Assembly (NCBI GenBank): GCA_965263035.1
Contig: OZ253580.1
Location: 6,080,001-6,144,000 of the forward strand
Source of the DNA: Acidobacteriota bacterium
Lineage (GTDB): Bacteria; Acidobacteriota; UBA6911; RPQK01; JAJDTT01
Reading direction: 5' to 3'
DNA: 64,000 bases
Part shown: positions 20,116-30,552 of the stretch, in pieces
Position numbering within the stretch: position 1 is the first letter of the stretch
Layout of the letters: every line of letters starts with the position of its first letter
Notes under the pieces: model-generated
Seen by the model: only the letters and a program-made list of their open reading frames with translations
The model's database searches: none
Told to the model about the DNA's origin: nothing
Made by a program: the position numbers and the translations under genes

Positions 20116-23100
20116 ATGAAGAGTCTTTCAGCGAGCTTGGGCGCGAGTTCCGCGCTTTTCGTATGCCTGACCGTTGCTCTGGCCTCGCCTACGGATCCCG
20201 CCTCCCTGGAATTCTTCGAAAAAGAGATCCGCCCCCTGCTGGCCGATCGCTGCTATGAATGCCACAGCGCCCAGACGGCGACGCCATTTGCCGGATTGCG
20301 CCTGGACCGGCGCGAAGACCTGATCAAGGGGGGCGTCTCGGGACCGGCGGTCGTTCCGGGCAAGCCGGAGGAGAGCCCCTTGATCCTCCGCATCCAGGGC
20401 CGGCCCGCGTTGATGCCACCCACCGGTGCCCTGTCGGATGCCCAGATCCGGTCGCTCATCGAATGGGTGAAGATGGGAGCCCCTTGGACCGATCTTGCGG
20501 AGGCCTCTCAGGCGTCAGCCGGCGGTTTCGACCTGGAAGCTCGCAAGCGCAGCCACTGGGCCTGGCAACCGATCCGGTCCGTCCCGCCACCTGCGGTAGC
20601 CGACACCAATTGGCCGCTTCATCCTATGGACCGGTTCATTCTGGCCAAACTGGAGCAGGAGGGGTTGGAACCGGCGCCGGCGGCGGACCGGTACACGCTG
20701 ATCCGGCGCCTTTCCTACGATCTGCGGGGACTGCCACCCCTCCCCGGAGAGGTCCAGGCCTTCGTCGCCGATTCCTCTCCACGGGCCTACGAAAACCTGG
20801 TGGACGACTTCCTGGACTCGCCTCATTTCGGCGAGCAATGGGCCCGCCACTGGATGGACCTGATCCGCTACAGCGAGTCCCACGGCAGTCAGGGCGACCC
20901 CAAGGCGCCTTACGCCTGGCGTTACCGCGACTACCTGATTCGGGCTCTGAATGCCGACATCCCCTACGACCAGCTGATCCGGGAACATCTGGCGGGCGAC
21001 CTGCTTCCTTCCTCCAGGATGAATCCGGCCCTGGGGATCAACGAGTCCCTCCTGGCCACGGCTCACTTCCGCATGGTGGAGCATGGGTTCCAGCCGGTGG
21101 ACCCCCTGGGAGACCGAATCAAGTGGACCGACAACCAGGTCGATGTCGTTTCCAAGGCATTTCAGGGGCTCACCATCTCGTGCGCGCGCTGCCACGACCA
21201 CAAGTTCGACGCCATCAGCCAAGAGGACTACTACGCCCTGTACGGAGTGCTCTACGGAGCCCGGCCGACCCAGCGGGCCATCGACGACCCGGAGCGCCTC
21301 GATTGGGGCCGGAGTCAACTCTCGGAGGTGAAGGAGGAGTTTCGCCGGCGGCTGGCTGAAATCTGGATCCAGGAAGCGTCGGCGCTAGCCTCCATGCTAT
21401 TGGAAGCACCGCATGAAACCTTCAGCAACCCACCCGACTCTCCCTGCCAGCCTGAAGAGTCAGCGGACACTGCCACTGATCCGGCGGCTCCGGAAGCCGA
21501 GGCCGCTCCCATCGAAACGGGCGAGACCAAGGTTGCCGGGACCAAGAGCCCGGCCGCCGAACAGGCGCTGACTCGAGCGCTGGAGGAGGCGCTGTGCGAA
21601 CCCGGCAGTCCCCTGGCGGCGTGGATTCGCCTGGCAGGCAAGGAGGGTGCCGAGTTCCGTCAGGAATGGGGCACCTTGAAGGAGGAATGGGACAACAGGA
21701 TCCGCACCGACAGGGCCTTCAACCGGGATCACTTTCAGATCCGCTGGGATCTGTCCGGCCCCGATTACGCGGAGTGGATCGGACACGGCACCGGACTTCC
21801 TCCCGAACCGTCTCCGCCCGGCGAGTTCTCTGTGGCTGCCGAAGGGAAACGGATCCTCAGCGGAATTTATCCCGGGGGTGTCTACACCCATCTCCTGTCC
21901 GGCAAGCACAACGGCGTAATCCAGTCGCCCCGCTTTACCATCGACAGCAATTTCATCAGCCTCAGCGTCCTCGGATCCGACTTCAGCTTCGCCCAGTTGA
22001 TCGTGGAGAACTACGCCGTCCCCCGAGGCGGCATCTACCACATGCGGCACAACCTCAAAACGGACCGGATGGAGTGGGTTCAATGGGACGTGGCCTATTG
22101 GAAAGGATTCTCCGCCTATATCGAGTTGGCCACCCGGGACGACGTCACACTCACCAGATACGACTCCACCGAGACCAGAACCAAGGCGGAGAAGCGCACC
22201 GACGGCCGTTCCGCCATCGGCGCCAGCCGGATCCTGTTTCACGAGACCAAGGAGACGCCGCGAGAGACGCGCCCGCCGCTTCTCTATCTGCTCCGGGGCC
22301 TGCCACCCCGCTCGCCCGCCGATCTGGCCGAGCGATTGGGCCGCCGCCTGGTGGAAGCCATCGAAGCCTGGCGGGATGGCGGCGCATCCGAGCTCCAGGC
22401 CGCATATCTGGACGCGTTCGTCCGCGCCGACCTGCTGCCCCGGTCCCTGGACCGGCTCCCCTCCCTGGATTCCCTCCTGAGCCAATATCGGGAAGTCGAT
22501 TCCCAAGTGCCGGTTCCCCGGCGCGCACCTTCCATCCTGGACGAAGCGGCGCCGGATCATCCCTTCCTGGTCCGCGGGGACCAGGATGCGCACGGCGAAC
22601 CGGTCCCCAGGCGCTATCTTTCGGCCCTTGGGAGCCTTCCCTACCCCGATCCGGGACGGGTCCGCCTGGACTTGGCCCGGGACCTCACTTCGGCCGACAA
22701 CCCCCTCACCTCCCGGGTGATGGTCAACCGCATCTGGCGCTACCTGTTCGGATACGGTTTGGTGCGCACCACGGACAACTTCGGAAAGCTGGGCGACCCG
22801 CCCACGCATCCGGAGCTTCTGGATCATCTGGCCGACCGGTTCGTGGAGGAGGGCTACTCCATCAAGAGCATGGTGCGCCGGCTGGCCACATCTCAGACCT
22901 ACCGCATGAACAGCCAGGGATCCGCGATGGCGCTCCGATTGGACCCCGCCAACCGGCTCCACCAACATGCCAACCTGAGACGGCTGGAGGCCGAGGAGAT
23001 CCGCGACGCCATGCTGCGAGTCTCCGGAAACCTGGACCCCGCGCTGTACGGAGCCTCCATTCCCGTCCAACACCAGATCGAGAAGGACAAGAGTACGGGA

Positions 23101-23541
23101 CTCGGGCCGTCTGGCTCCCTGGACGGGGCCGGAAGACGCAGCATCTACCAGGCGATTCGGCGAAACTTCTACAACTCCTTCCTGGAGACCTTCGGGCAAC
23201 CCAAACCCGCCAGCACCCGGGGGCAACGGGATCAGACCAACGACCCGGCCCAATCCCTGACCCTGCTCAACAGCCCCTTCGTCTGGAACCAGGCCGAGTC
23301 CTGGGGCAAGCATCTCGCGGCCGGTGAAGGCAACACCGTCCCGTCCCGCGTCCGCCACATGTTCTTCAAGGCTCTGGGCCGGGCACCCACCGCCCAGGAG
23401 GCCTCCCGCGCCGAGGCGTATCTCAACACGGTCATCGACCAGCGAAAGATCCGGGAGCACCTGGTCCTCACGGACCGCGCGGTCTGGACCGATCTTGCCC
23501 ACGTTATCTTCAACCTGAAGAGCTTCATCTATCTCCAGTAG
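20116..23541 (+). CDS. Planctomycete-type cytochrome c / DUF1549 / DUF1553 protein, paralog 2
   Basis: Same motifs as 6522-9926 and colinear with it. Confidence 0.92.
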   Translation: MKSLSASLGASSALFVCLTVALASPTDPASLEFFEKEIRPLLADRCYECHSAQTATPFAGLRLDRREDLIKGGVSGPAVVPGKPEESPLILRIQGRPALMPPTGALSDAQIRSLIEWVKMGAPWTDLAEASQASAGGFDLEARKRSHWAWQPIRSVPPPAVADTNWPLHPMDRFILAKLEQEGLEPAPAADRYTLIRRLSYDLRGLPPLPGEVQAFVADSSPRAYENLVDDFLDSPHFGEQWARHWMDLIRYSESHGSQGDPKAPYAWRYRDYLIRALNADIPYDQLIREHLAGDLLPSSRMNPALGINESLLATAHFRMVEHGFQPVDPLGDRIKWTDNQVDVVSKAFQGLTISCARCHDHKFDAISQEDYYALYGVLYGARPTQRAIDDPERLDWGRSQLSEVKEEFRRRLAEIWIQEASALASMLLEAPHETFSNPPDSPCQPEESADTATDPAAPEAEAAPIETGETKVAGTKSPAAEQALTRALEEALCEPGSPLAAWIRLAGKEGAEFRQEWGTLKEEWDNRIRTDRAFNRDHFQIRWDLSGPDYAEWIGHGTGLPPEPSPPGEFSVAAEGKRILSGIYPGGVYTHLLSGKHNGVIQSPRFTIDSNFISLSVLGSDFSFAQLIVENYAVPRGGIYHMRHNLKTDRMEWVQWDVAYWKGFSAYIELATRDDVTLTRYDSTETRTKAEKRTDGRSAIGASRILFHETKETPRETRPPLLYLLRGLPPRSPADLAERLGRRLVEAIEAWRDGGASELQAAYLDAFVRADLLPRSLDRLPSLDSLLSQYREVDSQVPVPRRAPSILDEAAPDHPFLVRGDQDAHGEPVPRRYLSALGSLPYPDPGRVRLDLARDLTSADNPLTSRVMVNRIWRYLFGYGLVRTTDNFGKLGDPPTHPELLDHLADRFVEEGYSIKSMVRRLATSQTYRMNSQGSAMALRLDPANRLHQHANLRRLEAEEIRDAMLRVSGNLDPALYGASIPVQHQIEKDKSTGLGPSGSLDGAGRRSIYQAIRRNFYNSFLETFGQPKPASTRGQRDQTNDPAQSLTLLNSPFVWNQAESWGKHLAAGEGNTVPSRVRHMFFKALGRAPTAQEASRAEAYLNTVIDQRKIREHLVLTDRAVWTDLAHVIFNLKSFIYLQ

Positions 23542-23575
23542 GGGCAACCTGGAATCGAGTCCGGCCATCCCGCTA

Positions 23576-24436
23576 ATGAAGAAGCGCAGAAATCATATAG
23601 TCCCTCGGTTTTATCTGGAGAGGTGGGCTCCAAAGGGATACGTTGGTCTATGGGTGAAAGAGGAGAAGAAAATCAAGCTGATTCCTCCGAAAAAAGTACT
23701 TCGAGAAAAAGGGAAACATGAAACTGTTGATGATCTTCTACAGGTAGTTGAAAGCCATATTGCACCTATAATTTCTAAAATAGTTGAAAACGAAGAGATT
23801 CCGAGAAATTATCAAGAGAGGGAAAATATTTTAGTTTGGATATTAATCCAAATTCAACGAACCCATCTTTGGGAAAAAAAGACACAATCCCTGTATAGAG
23901 GGATCTTGGATATGATCCGCAGTGATTCCGTTATTCGTCGTTATATAAGAGAGGATGGGATTGGGATTGATGAGGTCATGTCTTTCTACAAGAGGAAGTT
24001 TCCGCGCGACATATTTAACTTTAATCGAATGAGGACTGAGCTCTACATAAAATATATGAAGGATTGTCGCATGGTTCTTGGCAGGTCAAAGATTTCGATG
24101 GTTACTAGCGATGATCCAGTACTTGATATGCCAGACAAAAGGAAGAATCTGTTGGAAACATGGTATCCAGTCTCGCCTCACTTGGCGATAATTTTAGAGA
24201 AAGGATCGATAGATTCAGTTCATGATTTCCCGTCTGTGATCGATGTGTCGGACAGGGTGGTCAAGGATCGGTCTATCGGGCATTATCTGAATTGCAATCG
24301 TTTTTTGGTGATCGACCCGAACTCGATACCAGAATATTTCTCTAAGGACGGAGACTTTCGGTTTCGAATGCCAAAAAATCGTGTTATGAGAACAGCGATT
24401 GCTGACTGGGTTCGTAGGAGCTATGCACAATATTAA
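23576..24436 (+). CDS. DUF4238-like protein (low GC)
   Basis: N-terminal HIVPRFYLERW and TSDDPV resemble DUF4238 motifs; clearly more AT-rich than its flanks. Confidence 0.6.
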   Translation: MKKRRNHIVPRFYLERWAPKGYVGLWVKEEKKIKLIPPKKVLREKGKHETVDDLLQVVESHIAPIISKIVENEEIPRNYQERENILVWILIQIQRTHLWEKKTQSLYRGILDMIRSDSVIRRYIREDGIGIDEVMSFYKRKFPRDIFNFNRMRTELYIKYMKDCRMVLGRSKISMVTSDDPVLDMPDKRKNLLETWYPVSPHLAIILEKGSIDSVHDFPSVIDVSDRVVKDRSIGHYLNCNRFLVIDPNSIPEYFSKDGDFRFRMPKNRVMRTAIADWVRRSYAQY

Positions 24437-24855
24437 TTCTGAGAGAGTAGGAAGCAAAATGATGAATGTTTGCGTCGAAAGGTTCGTCGATACAGCCGTA
24501 CGGATGATACCGATCATCCACGAAATCGAAGGTGATGATGCGTAGCCGCCACTACCAGATTGGTTTCAAACTAATACTGATACAAAGTTAGGGTCCGTTT
24601 CTGGATGGGTACTTACGTCTCACTCCTCGGAAAACAATAGGAAATTGGAGTAGCAATCAATGGTCTCTACTTTATATGCGTCCAAGAGACCTTTTTCCTT
24701 CCGAACGCGGTGAGTAAAAACGAAGTCCCTTGGCCTCAGATGCCAATTGCCTCCGGTTGGAGACGCCCGCGGAGCCGGCGTCCCAATGCAGCCCTGGCTG
24801 ACGCAAATATACTGGATATCGACGAGTGGACAATTCCTCTGTAGACTGGATCTCG

Positions 24856-26319
24856 ATGCCGCCTGTGCCGCACTACACCTCGCCGCCATTCCCACCCGGT
24901 TTCTCCCGGCGCGAAATGCTGCGGCGGACATCCACCGGATTCGGGATGCTGGCGCTCTCGGCCCTCATGGCCGACCCCGCATACGCGGGCCTGGCACCCT
25001 CCCCTCCCGAGAATCCCTTGTCCCCCCGGCGGGGACATCACCAGCCTCGGGTCAAGAACGTCATCTTCTGCTATCTGTCGGGAGGCCTGTCCCAGATCGA
25101 TTCCTTCGATCCCAAGCCCCGGCTGGACAAGGAAGCGGGCGAACCCATGCCGTTCAAAACCGAACGAACCATGTTCAACCTGGACGGCAACATCTTCCCC
25201 AGTCCGTGGAAGTTCAAACGCTACGGAAGCAGTGGAATCCCCGTCAGCGATCTCTTTCCCCACATCGGCAGCGTCGCCGACGAGTTGACGGTGATCCGCT
25301 CCATGACCGCCAAGTTCATGTCCCACGCCCAGGCCAACTTCTATTTTCACTGTGGGACGCCCTTCGCCGGGTTTCCCAGCATGGGCGCCTGGATCAGCTA
25401 CGGGCTGGGCAGCGAGAACCGGAACCTGCCCGGATTCGTGGTGTTGGGCAGCGGCGGGATCCCGCTGGGGGGCGTCACCATATTCGGCAACGGATTCCTG
25501 TCGGCCGTCCATCAAGGCTCGTTCATCTATCCCGAACGTAAGGAGCCTCTCGGCAACATCCGTCCCCGGGAATCGGACCTCCGCCAGCGACAGAGGATTT
25601 CTGTGATCGACGACCTGGACCGGGGATTTCTGGCTGCTGCCGGCGGCCACTCGCAGGTGGAAGCCGCCATCCGGAACTACGAGACCGCCTACCGCATGCA
25701 GAGCTCGGTGCCCGAGCTGGTGGACCTGAGTGGAGAAACCCCGGCCACCCGCAAGCTGTACGGTGTCGACTCCGCGGTTCCGGCCAAGGCGGCCTATGCG
25801 CGCCAGTGCCTGGTGGCGCGAAGGCTGGTGGAACGCGGCGTGCGTTTCGTCGAGCTCACCACGGTCCGAGGCGGCGGCGAGGCCATAGATGCCAATCCCT
25901 GGGACCAGCATACGAAGCTGGTCGAAGGGCACAGCGCCAACGCCTTGGTAGTGGACCAGCCCGTGGCGGCGCTGATCAAGGACCTCAAGGCCCGGGGCCT
26001 CCTGGACGAGACCCTGGTCATCTTCTCGGGCGAGTTCGGACGAACGCCATTCGTCCAGGGCAAGGACGGCCGGGACCACAACCCCTTCGGCTTCAGCCTG
26101 TGGCTGGCCGGCGGCGGACTCAAGAAGGGATTCATCTACGGCGCCACCGACGAGTACGGTTACCGCGTGGTGGAGAACCGCCAGACCATCCATGATCTCC
26201 ACGCCACCATCCTCCACCTCCTGGGGCTCGACCACCAAGAGCTCAGCTACCGCTTCGGCGGACGCGATTTCCGGCTCACCGACGTTCACGGAAGCGTGAT
26301 CCAGGGGATTCTGTCCTGA
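24856..26319 (+). CDS. DUF1501 TAT-exported protein, paralog 2
   Basis: Colinear homolog of 16688-18151. Confidence 0.92.
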   Translation: MPPVPHYTSPPFPPGFSRREMLRRTSTGFGMLALSALMADPAYAGLAPSPPENPLSPRRGHHQPRVKNVIFCYLSGGLSQIDSFDPKPRLDKEAGEPMPFKTERTMFNLDGNIFPSPWKFKRYGSSGIPVSDLFPHIGSVADELTVIRSMTAKFMSHAQANFYFHCGTPFAGFPSMGAWISYGLGSENRNLPGFVVLGSGGIPLGGVTIFGNGFLSAVHQGSFIYPERKEPLGNIRPRESDLRQRQRISVIDDLDRGFLAAAGGHSQVEAAIRNYETAYRMQSSVPELVDLSGETPATRKLYGVDSAVPAKAAYARQCLVARRLVERGVRFVELTTVRGGGEAIDANPWDQHTKLVEGHSANALVVDQPVAALIKDLKARGLLDETLVIFSGEFGRTPFVQGKDGRDHNPFGFSLWLAGGGLKKGFIYGATDEYGYRVVENRQTIHDLHATILHLLGLDHQELSYRFGGRDFRLTDVHGSVIQGILS

Positions 26320-26330
26320 CTCGAGAAGGG

Positions 26331-26404
26331 GTAGGAGGGGGGACATTCTTGTCCCCCTCTTCAAAACGCATCCGGAATCGGGAACCGAGAGGCACCGCTC
26401 CCAC
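26331..26404. repeat. REP-like doublet (degenerate)
   Basis: GTAGGAGGGGGGACATTCTTGTCCCCC ... CCGCTCCCAC. Confidence 0.55.
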
Positions 26405-26453
26405 TCGATGGGACATACTCCACTTCTGGCATCGCAAATAGGCGGAGGCCGAA

Positions 26454-26948
26454 ATGACGTCTTCCGATACCGCTCAAAGCTTCCTGTCCCAGGCCCGCCA
26501 CCATCTGAACGACGATTACCTGCCCAAGATCCGCCGCTGTCTCGAAGTGCTGTCCCGTGAGGATATCTGGTGGCGGGCCCACGAGAACACCAACAGCATC
26601 GGCAATCTGGTCCTGCACCTGTGTGGAAACGTGAGGCAGTGGATCGTCTCGGGCCTGGGCGGCGAGGAGGACCAGCGACGGCGGCCAGCCGAATTCTCCC
26701 GGCGCCTCCCCCTTCCCAAGGACCAATTGCTGGAAATGCTGGAGGCGACCGTCCAAGAGGCGACCCAGGTGCTGGATTCCTTGACCGAACAGGATCTGGC
26801 AACGACCCGAAGGATTCAGGTTTACGACATTTCCGGGCTCCAGGCTGTCCTCCACGTCGTCGAGCACTTCGCCTATCACACGGGACAGATCATCTACATC
26901 ACTCGTCTGCGCAAGAACGTGGACTTGAGATTCTACGACCTTCCGTAG
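26454..26948 (+). CDS. DinB/DUF1572-family protein
   Basis: NSIGNLVLHLCGN and HVVEHFAYHTGQI motifs. Confidence 0.85.
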   Translation: MTSSDTAQSFLSQARHHLNDDYLPKIRRCLEVLSREDIWWRAHENTNSIGNLVLHLCGNVRQWIVSGLGGEEDQRRRPAEFSRRLPLPKDQLLEMLEATVQEATQVLDSLTEQDLATTRRIQVYDISGLQAVLHVVEHFAYHTGQIIYITRLRKNVDLRFYDLP

Positions 26949-26990
26949 CCGTCACTTACGGCGTCCCGGCCGGACTCAGGCATACGGTTA

Positions 26991-27056
26991 CAGAAGGGGA
27001 CATCCTTGTCCCCCGTTCTCCATTGGGAGTTCAGCGGTTGGAAACCGACGCTCCTG
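26991..27056. repeat. REP-like doublet
   Basis: AGGGGACATCCTTGTCCCC ... GCGGTTGGAAACCGACGCTCCTG. Confidence 0.65.
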
Positions 27057-27122
27057 TCCCCTTTGATCTGCGGCGTGTCCTGAATATTCTCAGAGGCCTG
27101 GGCAGAAAAAGGGGAGAGGACA

Positions 27123-28352
27123 ATGAAACGATCGTTGCTCGTGTTTCTGTTGACGAATACGCCTTGGTGGGTCGCCGGAGCGGATCGGGCTGATCAGGTC
27201 GGGACCTGGAGAGGTCTCCAGATCGCTCCGGAAGAGAGATGCTCTGAGTACGACCGGGGCGACTATCCCATTCCGCCGGCTCTGGAAGATGAGATCGTCG
27301 CCGTGATGGAACAGATTTACGGGCGCTGCTTCGAAGACACTACGGACACCACCGTTGAGCACATCGTCGCTGTTTCGGAGGCTCACGACAGCGGATTGTG
27401 TTCGGCCGATGCAGAGACGAAAAAAGAATTTTCCAGGGATCCTCTCAACTTGACCCTCGCCAGTCCGCACCTGAACAGCGTCAAGGGGGATCGGGACGCA
27501 GCCGAGTGGTTGCCCGGCGAAAACCGGTGTTGGTTCGCCGACCGGGTGCTCCAGGTACGCCTCAAGTACGACTTGACGATAGACCAGGCGGAAGCCGATG
27601 CCCTGGAACTCATTCTGGCCCGATGCGAGTCTACCGAGTTGAAGGTCCGCGACTGTTCGGAAGACCAGCCGGAACCCTGCCCCTCAGGTTCTTCCACTCT
27701 GATCTTCCCCCAATATGTCGACGGTGAATACGGAGGTTTCCAGAACCGGACACGCCTGATTCTGCTCAACTTGGCGGCCACGACCGACAATCCGGTGATC
27801 GTCCGGTATCTCGACGACATGGGTCAAGTCGTTGACAGTCAGACCCATACGGTTCCGGCCCGCGGGCTGATCGACCTGAGTACCAGCGGCGAGGGCCCGC
27901 TGAAGGTGGGACCTCTGACCGTCGAATCCGAGTTGGCGGAGGATTCCCTGCTGCGAGGTTCCGTCGTCTACGAGCTGCTGGGACACCGGGTCTCGGTTCC
28001 GGCAGCGAAGCTGACCGACGAGGCCACCGTCTTTGTCAGCAAGTCTCCGCAAGAAAATACCGGCATCGCTCTGTTCAATCCCAACCCGGAAGATCCTGTT
28101 GAACTGGAACTCGCGCTGCACGATGCGGACGGGAGCCGTGTTGGGCAAGTTGACCTGACTCTGGAACCCGGACAACATCTGGCCCGCTATATGGACGAGG
28201 CCCCATTGTTCCCGGACGCCCTGGGTCCCCAATCCGAGTTCGTCGGACACGCCATTATCAGGAGCACGGAGGATGGACAGTTCGCCGTCGTCAGCATATT
28301 ACAGGATACAAGGACGGGAGCCGTCGCCCTTGTAACGCCGGGAATACGATAA
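27123..28352 (+). CDS. Secreted HNH/DUF1524-type nuclease domain fused to a C-terminal beta-sandwich domain
   Basis: Signal peptide; VEHIVAVSEAHDSG, DPLNL, N..KGDRDAAEWLP, KYDLTID; C-terminal LIFPQYVDG / NTGIALFNP domain. Confidence 0.72.
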   Translation: MKRSLLVFLLTNTPWWVAGADRADQVGTWRGLQIAPEERCSEYDRGDYPIPPALEDEIVAVMEQIYGRCFEDTTDTTVEHIVAVSEAHDSGLCSADAETKKEFSRDPLNLTLASPHLNSVKGDRDAAEWLPGENRCWFADRVLQVRLKYDLTIDQAEADALELILARCESTELKVRDCSEDQPEPCPSGSSTLIFPQYVDGEYGGFQNRTRLILLNLAATTDNPVIVRYLDDMGQVVDSQTHTVPARGLIDLSTSGEGPLKVGPLTVESELAEDSLLRGSVVYELLGHRVSVPAAKLTDEATVFVSKSPQENTGIALFNPNPEDPVELELALHDADGSRVGQVDLTLEPGQHLARYMDEAPLFPDALGPQSEFVGHAIIRSTEDGQFAVVSILQDTRTGAVALVTPGIR

Positions 28353-28367
28353 ATATGCGTTTCCTTC

Positions 28368-28431
28368 CCGAGGGGACATCCATTTCCCCGTTAGCCATTG
28401 GGAACTCGGCGGTCGGAAACCGCCGCTCTTG
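28368..28431. repeat. REP-like doublet
   Basis: GAGGGGACATCCATTTCCCC ... GGCGGTCGGAAACCGCCGCTCTTG. Confidence 0.65.
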
Positions 28432-28815
28432 CCTGGCAAGAGGTGAGACATTCCAGGATACAGGCAAAAAAGGGCGCATGGTACACTACTTGGGAAGTTT
28501 GATCAGTGGAGTGGTCAGAGGCCCTGATCCGGCTGTGCACCTGGACAAAGCCTGCCCGTCCCGGCAGTTCCCAAGCCGTTTGAAGATCCGCGACATGGTT
28601 CGAAAATATCCGCGAAACGGCGCGATGATCGGGGAAGAGATCGGGCGTGGAACGAGCCCAGCCCAAGAAGCTGTAAGCTCTTCAACCCGTGAAGGCGAGA
28701 AGCAAAGACGCCACGAGCGGCTACGCGAGTTGTGGCGCGTACCCGCCATCCTGGGCAGCTCGGGGAACGCTGGCATCGAGGCCGGTCCGCATGCCTTAGG
28801 GATTGGGAAAGAAGC

Positions 28816-30552
28816 ATGACTTACAGTGATGCAGAGATCTTGCTTCAGTTGGAATTGGGTGAGGACAGCCGCTGGGAATTCAAACAGATCGAGTTTGCCG
28901 GGAATATCCCAAAGAAGCCACGGCGCGATGATTTGGCAGATGAGATCGCGGCGTTCGCCAACGCCGACGGTGGCGTTCTAATGTGTGGCGCAACCGACAA
29001 TGGAGATGTACAGGATCTGTCGCGCGCGCAGATGGTCGAGTTCGACTCCTTTCTGGTCGAGGTGAGTTCCGATTCCATCAAGCCACCCGTTCGCATCCGC
29101 ACCTACCACCGGCAACTCTCGGTTGGCGGGCGCTTGCTGCTGGTCGAGATACCGCGGGAGGATTCGCAACATGACAGTCCCGGCGGGAGTTTTATTCGCG
29201 TCGGCGGGTCGAAGCGAAAGATGACGAGTGACGAGCGGTTGCGCTTGGCGCAACGGCGGGGACAGGCGCGCTCCCTTTCGTTCGATGAGCAGTCTATCCA
29301 GGGCACGGGATTCAAGACTCTGGACGAATCACTTTGGAAACCCCTGTTGACCGCAGAGGGCGCGGCGAATCCCGAGTCCGCGCTCGAAAAGTTGGCGCTC
29401 TTGGCAGACGACGACGGGATTCGGCGCGCCACGGTCGCCGGCGTGTTGTTGTGCACCCGCAATCCCGAGCAGTGGCTTCCCAGCGCCTGCATCACCGCGA
29501 CCCGTTACCAGGGAAAGGACCGCGCGTCCGCCCAAATCGATGCCCGGGAAATCACCGGTCCGCTGAACCGCCAGATCGCAGATGCGGTGGATTTCTCCGT
29601 GAAGAACATGCGGGTTGCGGCGCGCAAGGATCCGGCGCGGGTGGACCTGCCCCAGTACAGCAAGAAGGCGCTGTTCGAGGCAATCGTCAACGCCGTGGCG
29701 CATCGCGACTATTCGATGCGTGGAAGCAAAATTCGTCTTTCGATGTTCGAAGACCGTTTAGAGATTCAGTCGCCGGGCGCGCTCCCGAACAACCTGACGA
29801 TCGAGAACATGGGCACACGCCAAGCGACTCGCAACGAAGCGTTGACTTCCGTATTGGGGCGCCTGCCGGTAGGAGGAGTCCGAGGCTCGGAGAACAGACG
29901 GTATTTCATGGAAACCAGGGGAGACGGGGTTCCTATTATCCGGCGTGAAACTCGGGAACTCTGCGGAAAACTGCCGGAATTCCGAATGATCGACGATTCG
30001 GAACTCTGCCTCACTATCCCTGCGGCAGCACAAGAGCCGAGTCCTGCCCGCGCCGTCATCATCGTGTGGTCTGAGGGCCAGCCCTTGAGTGGCATCGACC
30101 TGTTGGTTCTTTTCCCGAACCATACCTGGAAGCATGCGAGTACGAACGAAGATGGTGAGGCGACCGTAGACCTGTACACAACTCATCTCCCTATGACGGT
30201 GTTCGCCTCCGCTCCCGGGTACGCGGCTCACCTGGAACGATACTGGGAGCCCAACCGGGGAGCGCTGGCGATCGAACTCGATTCCTTACCCGAGGGTGGA
30301 AGCGTCATCTTCTCCGAGGCGACTGGCACCCTCCCGGGACTCAAAGGCAGATTGAACCCCATTCGCGATACTCACGACCGCACGTATCTCTATGCTTCCA
30401 ATATCGCCATCAACCAAGGGAGCCCGCAACCGGTCAATTTCATGCTCGGAGAAGAACTGCGTCTGACCGATGCATACGGAGGGGAGAAGCGGATTCGCAT
30501 TATCGAAATCCTGGGCCGGTCGGTGCTGGTTGAATACAGGTCTTGCAAATAG
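28816..30552 (+). CDS. AlbA_2 (Schlafen-like) + HATPase_c_4 protein with an extra beta-rich C-terminal region
   Basis: GEDSRWEFK, AFANADGG, EAIVNAVAHRDY, IQSPG, ETRGDGVP; start at MTYSD. Confidence 0.8.
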   Translation: MTYSDAEILLQLELGEDSRWEFKQIEFAGNIPKKPRRDDLADEIAAFANADGGVLMCGATDNGDVQDLSRAQMVEFDSFLVEVSSDSIKPPVRIRTYHRQLSVGGRLLLVEIPREDSQHDSPGGSFIRVGGSKRKMTSDERLRLAQRRGQARSLSFDEQSIQGTGFKTLDESLWKPLLTAEGAANPESALEKLALLADDDGIRRATVAGVLLCTRNPEQWLPSACITATRYQGKDRASAQIDAREITGPLNRQIADAVDFSVKNMRVAARKDPARVDLPQYSKKALFEAIVNAVAHRDYSMRGSKIRLSMFEDRLEIQSPGALPNNLTIENMGTRQATRNEALTSVLGRLPVGGVRGSENRRYFMETRGDGVPIIRRETRELCGKLPEFRMIDDSELCLTIPAAAQEPSPARAVIIVWSEGQPLSGIDLLVLFPNHTWKHASTNEDGEATVDLYTTHLPMTVFASAPGYAAHLERYWEPNRGALAIELDSLPEGGSVIFSEATGTLPGLKGRLNPIRDTHDRTYLYASNIAINQGSPQPVNFMLGEELRLTDAYGGEKRIRIIEILGRSVLVEYRSCK

